Positions 62,197 through 64,000 of a DNA stretch of 64,000 bases are shown one piece after another. Both the position numbers and the translations under genes were made by a program. Under the pieces are notes generated by a model that saw only the letters and a list, made by a program, of their open reading frames with translations, had not been told where the DNA came from and made no database searches. This stretch comes from Chrysomallon squamiferum (taxonomy: Eukaryota > Animalia > Mollusca): contig CM022670.1 of the NCBI GenBank assembly GCA_012295275.1, forward strand, positions 13,330,001 through 13,394,000, written 5' to 3'. How positions within the stretch are numbered: position 1 is the first letter of the stretch; each line of letters begins with the position of its first letter.

Positions 62197-64000
62197 GTAA
62201 CAAAACACTAATTTCATTAAATTTCTTGAGAGAGAAATATGCTGTTTAATTTTTATTTATTTATTACATTAGACAAAAAAATGAAAAATAAATAAAACAA
62301 AGGAACAAAAAAATTTACAAAAAAAAACAACATACTAAAAAAATGAAACACTTGACACTCAAATCTTTATTATCATTTGCACTTTCAGATGAACGGTTTC
62401 TTTCAGCAGTTAAGTTTGGCAATGTCAGAGAAGTTGAAAGGTTAGATTAGTAATATGAATGATAATTTTATTTAGTTGTATATATGTATTATGTCACAAT
62501 ACAATTATAAAATACTTTTTTTATATTTATGTAACAATATAGACTGACTGTTTTCTCATAAGTTGTAATAAATCAATTCAAATTTTAGAATACACAAATA
62601 ACAATAATGAATATATTGGAGAAATTTTAAAAACATTTATTGTTATTGTTATTGGATAATTTTATATGAACTTACTACATAATACATTATATTTAACGAA
62701 TATTAATCACAAAAGTTATTTTAGGCTGTGTTATTCATGATCTGTAAAAATAAACAGTTAAATAAAAATAAAATTAAAAGATCATGAAACTGAATAATGT
62801 TTATTTTGTAGTTTTCATGTTATATAATTAGTGAAGTTTTCAAAATGATTATTTAATTAGAAGTGTATTTTTCTGTTAATGAGACTTATCAAACTTGGTG
62901 TTGATGTCAACAAACGACATGAACTGGGCTGGACGGCTTTGCACGTTGCAGCAATAAACCAAAAAGCAGAGTATGTATGATAATAATTTTTATTGGAGAT
63001 TGGTATGTGACTTATATCCAGAAATATATTTGTTTCATTTAAATTAAAATTGTACTATTTAATATAGTTTTAAATATTTAAAATTAATAACTGCAGCAAT
63101 TTTGATTTTTCATTTCACAGAAAGAAAGTAATTTATCAGTCATGTGAATTATTTTACCATTTTCATTTTTAGAAAATTTCACTCTGTTGTTTCTGTGAGC
63201 TTCCACTTTTATTGAAGAAAGAAAAGTTATACATTTTACTAACCTGTGTCATAGAATTAAAATTATTTATTCTCAGTGGTTGATATTTTCCATCTAATTA
63301 ATACCTGTAAACAATATATTTTTGTAGAGTACTCAAGATATTACTGAAAGCTGGTGCAGACCCAAATTTGGGTGATGAATATATCAGTGTTAATCAAACT
63401 GCCAGAGAAAAACATCTAAATTCCCTACAAGGTAAGCATGTAATAAAAAAGACAGTTTATAGATTCAGGTGACCTGCTTTTCAGGAACTAAAGAACTTAC
63501 AAAGGTGATAGAAACAATAGTATATCAATCTTTCTTGATGAATTCATTTATTTACTCAATGTAGAATATATGTTCCTTTTGTTTTGATTATTGAAAAAAG
63601 GCAAAGGGTTAATATGTTTCTTTCTTGTGTTTACAAAAAGACTTCATTTTGAATAATTCAGTTTCATGCATGGAATTTCACATTTATAATTTCACAAATG
63701 TAAATTACTATTCAGATTCTTTTACTTAAGAGAAAGAGAAAAGATATATGTGGTAAAGAGCAGTATTCATGTTTATGATAATAAGATAACATAAAATATT
63801 AGTATTTTTAAAATGTGTGTGTAGCTCACTGCAATCATATCTCATAGATTATTAATCGTATCTTAATTACACAGAATGGTACTTTCATTTTCAGTGATGA
63901 TTACACGAGAAGACGAGTTCTCTGATCGTCTCAATAACAGAGCTACTTTCAAAGGTTGTACAGCATTGCACTATGCTGTGTTAGCAGATAACAAAAACAT
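61728..64000 (+). CDS. CLPB: Mitochondrial ankyrin-repeat AAA+ disaggregase CLPB/SKD3, 5' partial
   Basis: Exons 61728-62001, 62389-62440, 62884-62970, 63328-63431 and 63895->64000. Basic presequence, then a hydrophobic stretch ending VAFC|FS (PARL-type site), then ankyrin repeats: [60 protein letters not shown]. Confidence 0.93.

Overview
This is AT-rich, intron-dense, microsatellite-rich animal genomic DNA. It is probably a gastropod mollusc, inferred from degenerate V-SINE/RUDI-like repeats. No prokaryotic features, rRNA, tRNA or CRISPR arrays were seen. Seven spliced protein-coding genes were reconstructed by hand from splice sites, phases and recognisable motifs: the 5' part of tryptophan 2,3-dioxygenase TDO2 (-), NEK1 (-, 43 exons), NDUFA2 (+), PLRG1 (-), MCMDC2 (+), GNPDA (-) and the 5' part of mitochondrial CLPB/SKD3 (+). 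The last six form three consecutive head-to-head pairs. The most unusual item is a 12-copy 26-bp tandem array made from the TDO2 exon/intron junction that encodes the active-site His. It places 11 extra consensus 5' splice sites behind the real donor, all predicted to be unproductive. Also notable: three apparent frameshifts (PLRG1, and two in MCMDC2) that all repair by restoring one GA dinucleotide, probably an assembly artefact. Others are a candidate poison exon in PLRG1, candidate regulated NEK1 exons, and a D-box/CRE/E-box cluster at the TDO2 5' end. Gene names rest on recalled homology; no searches were run.
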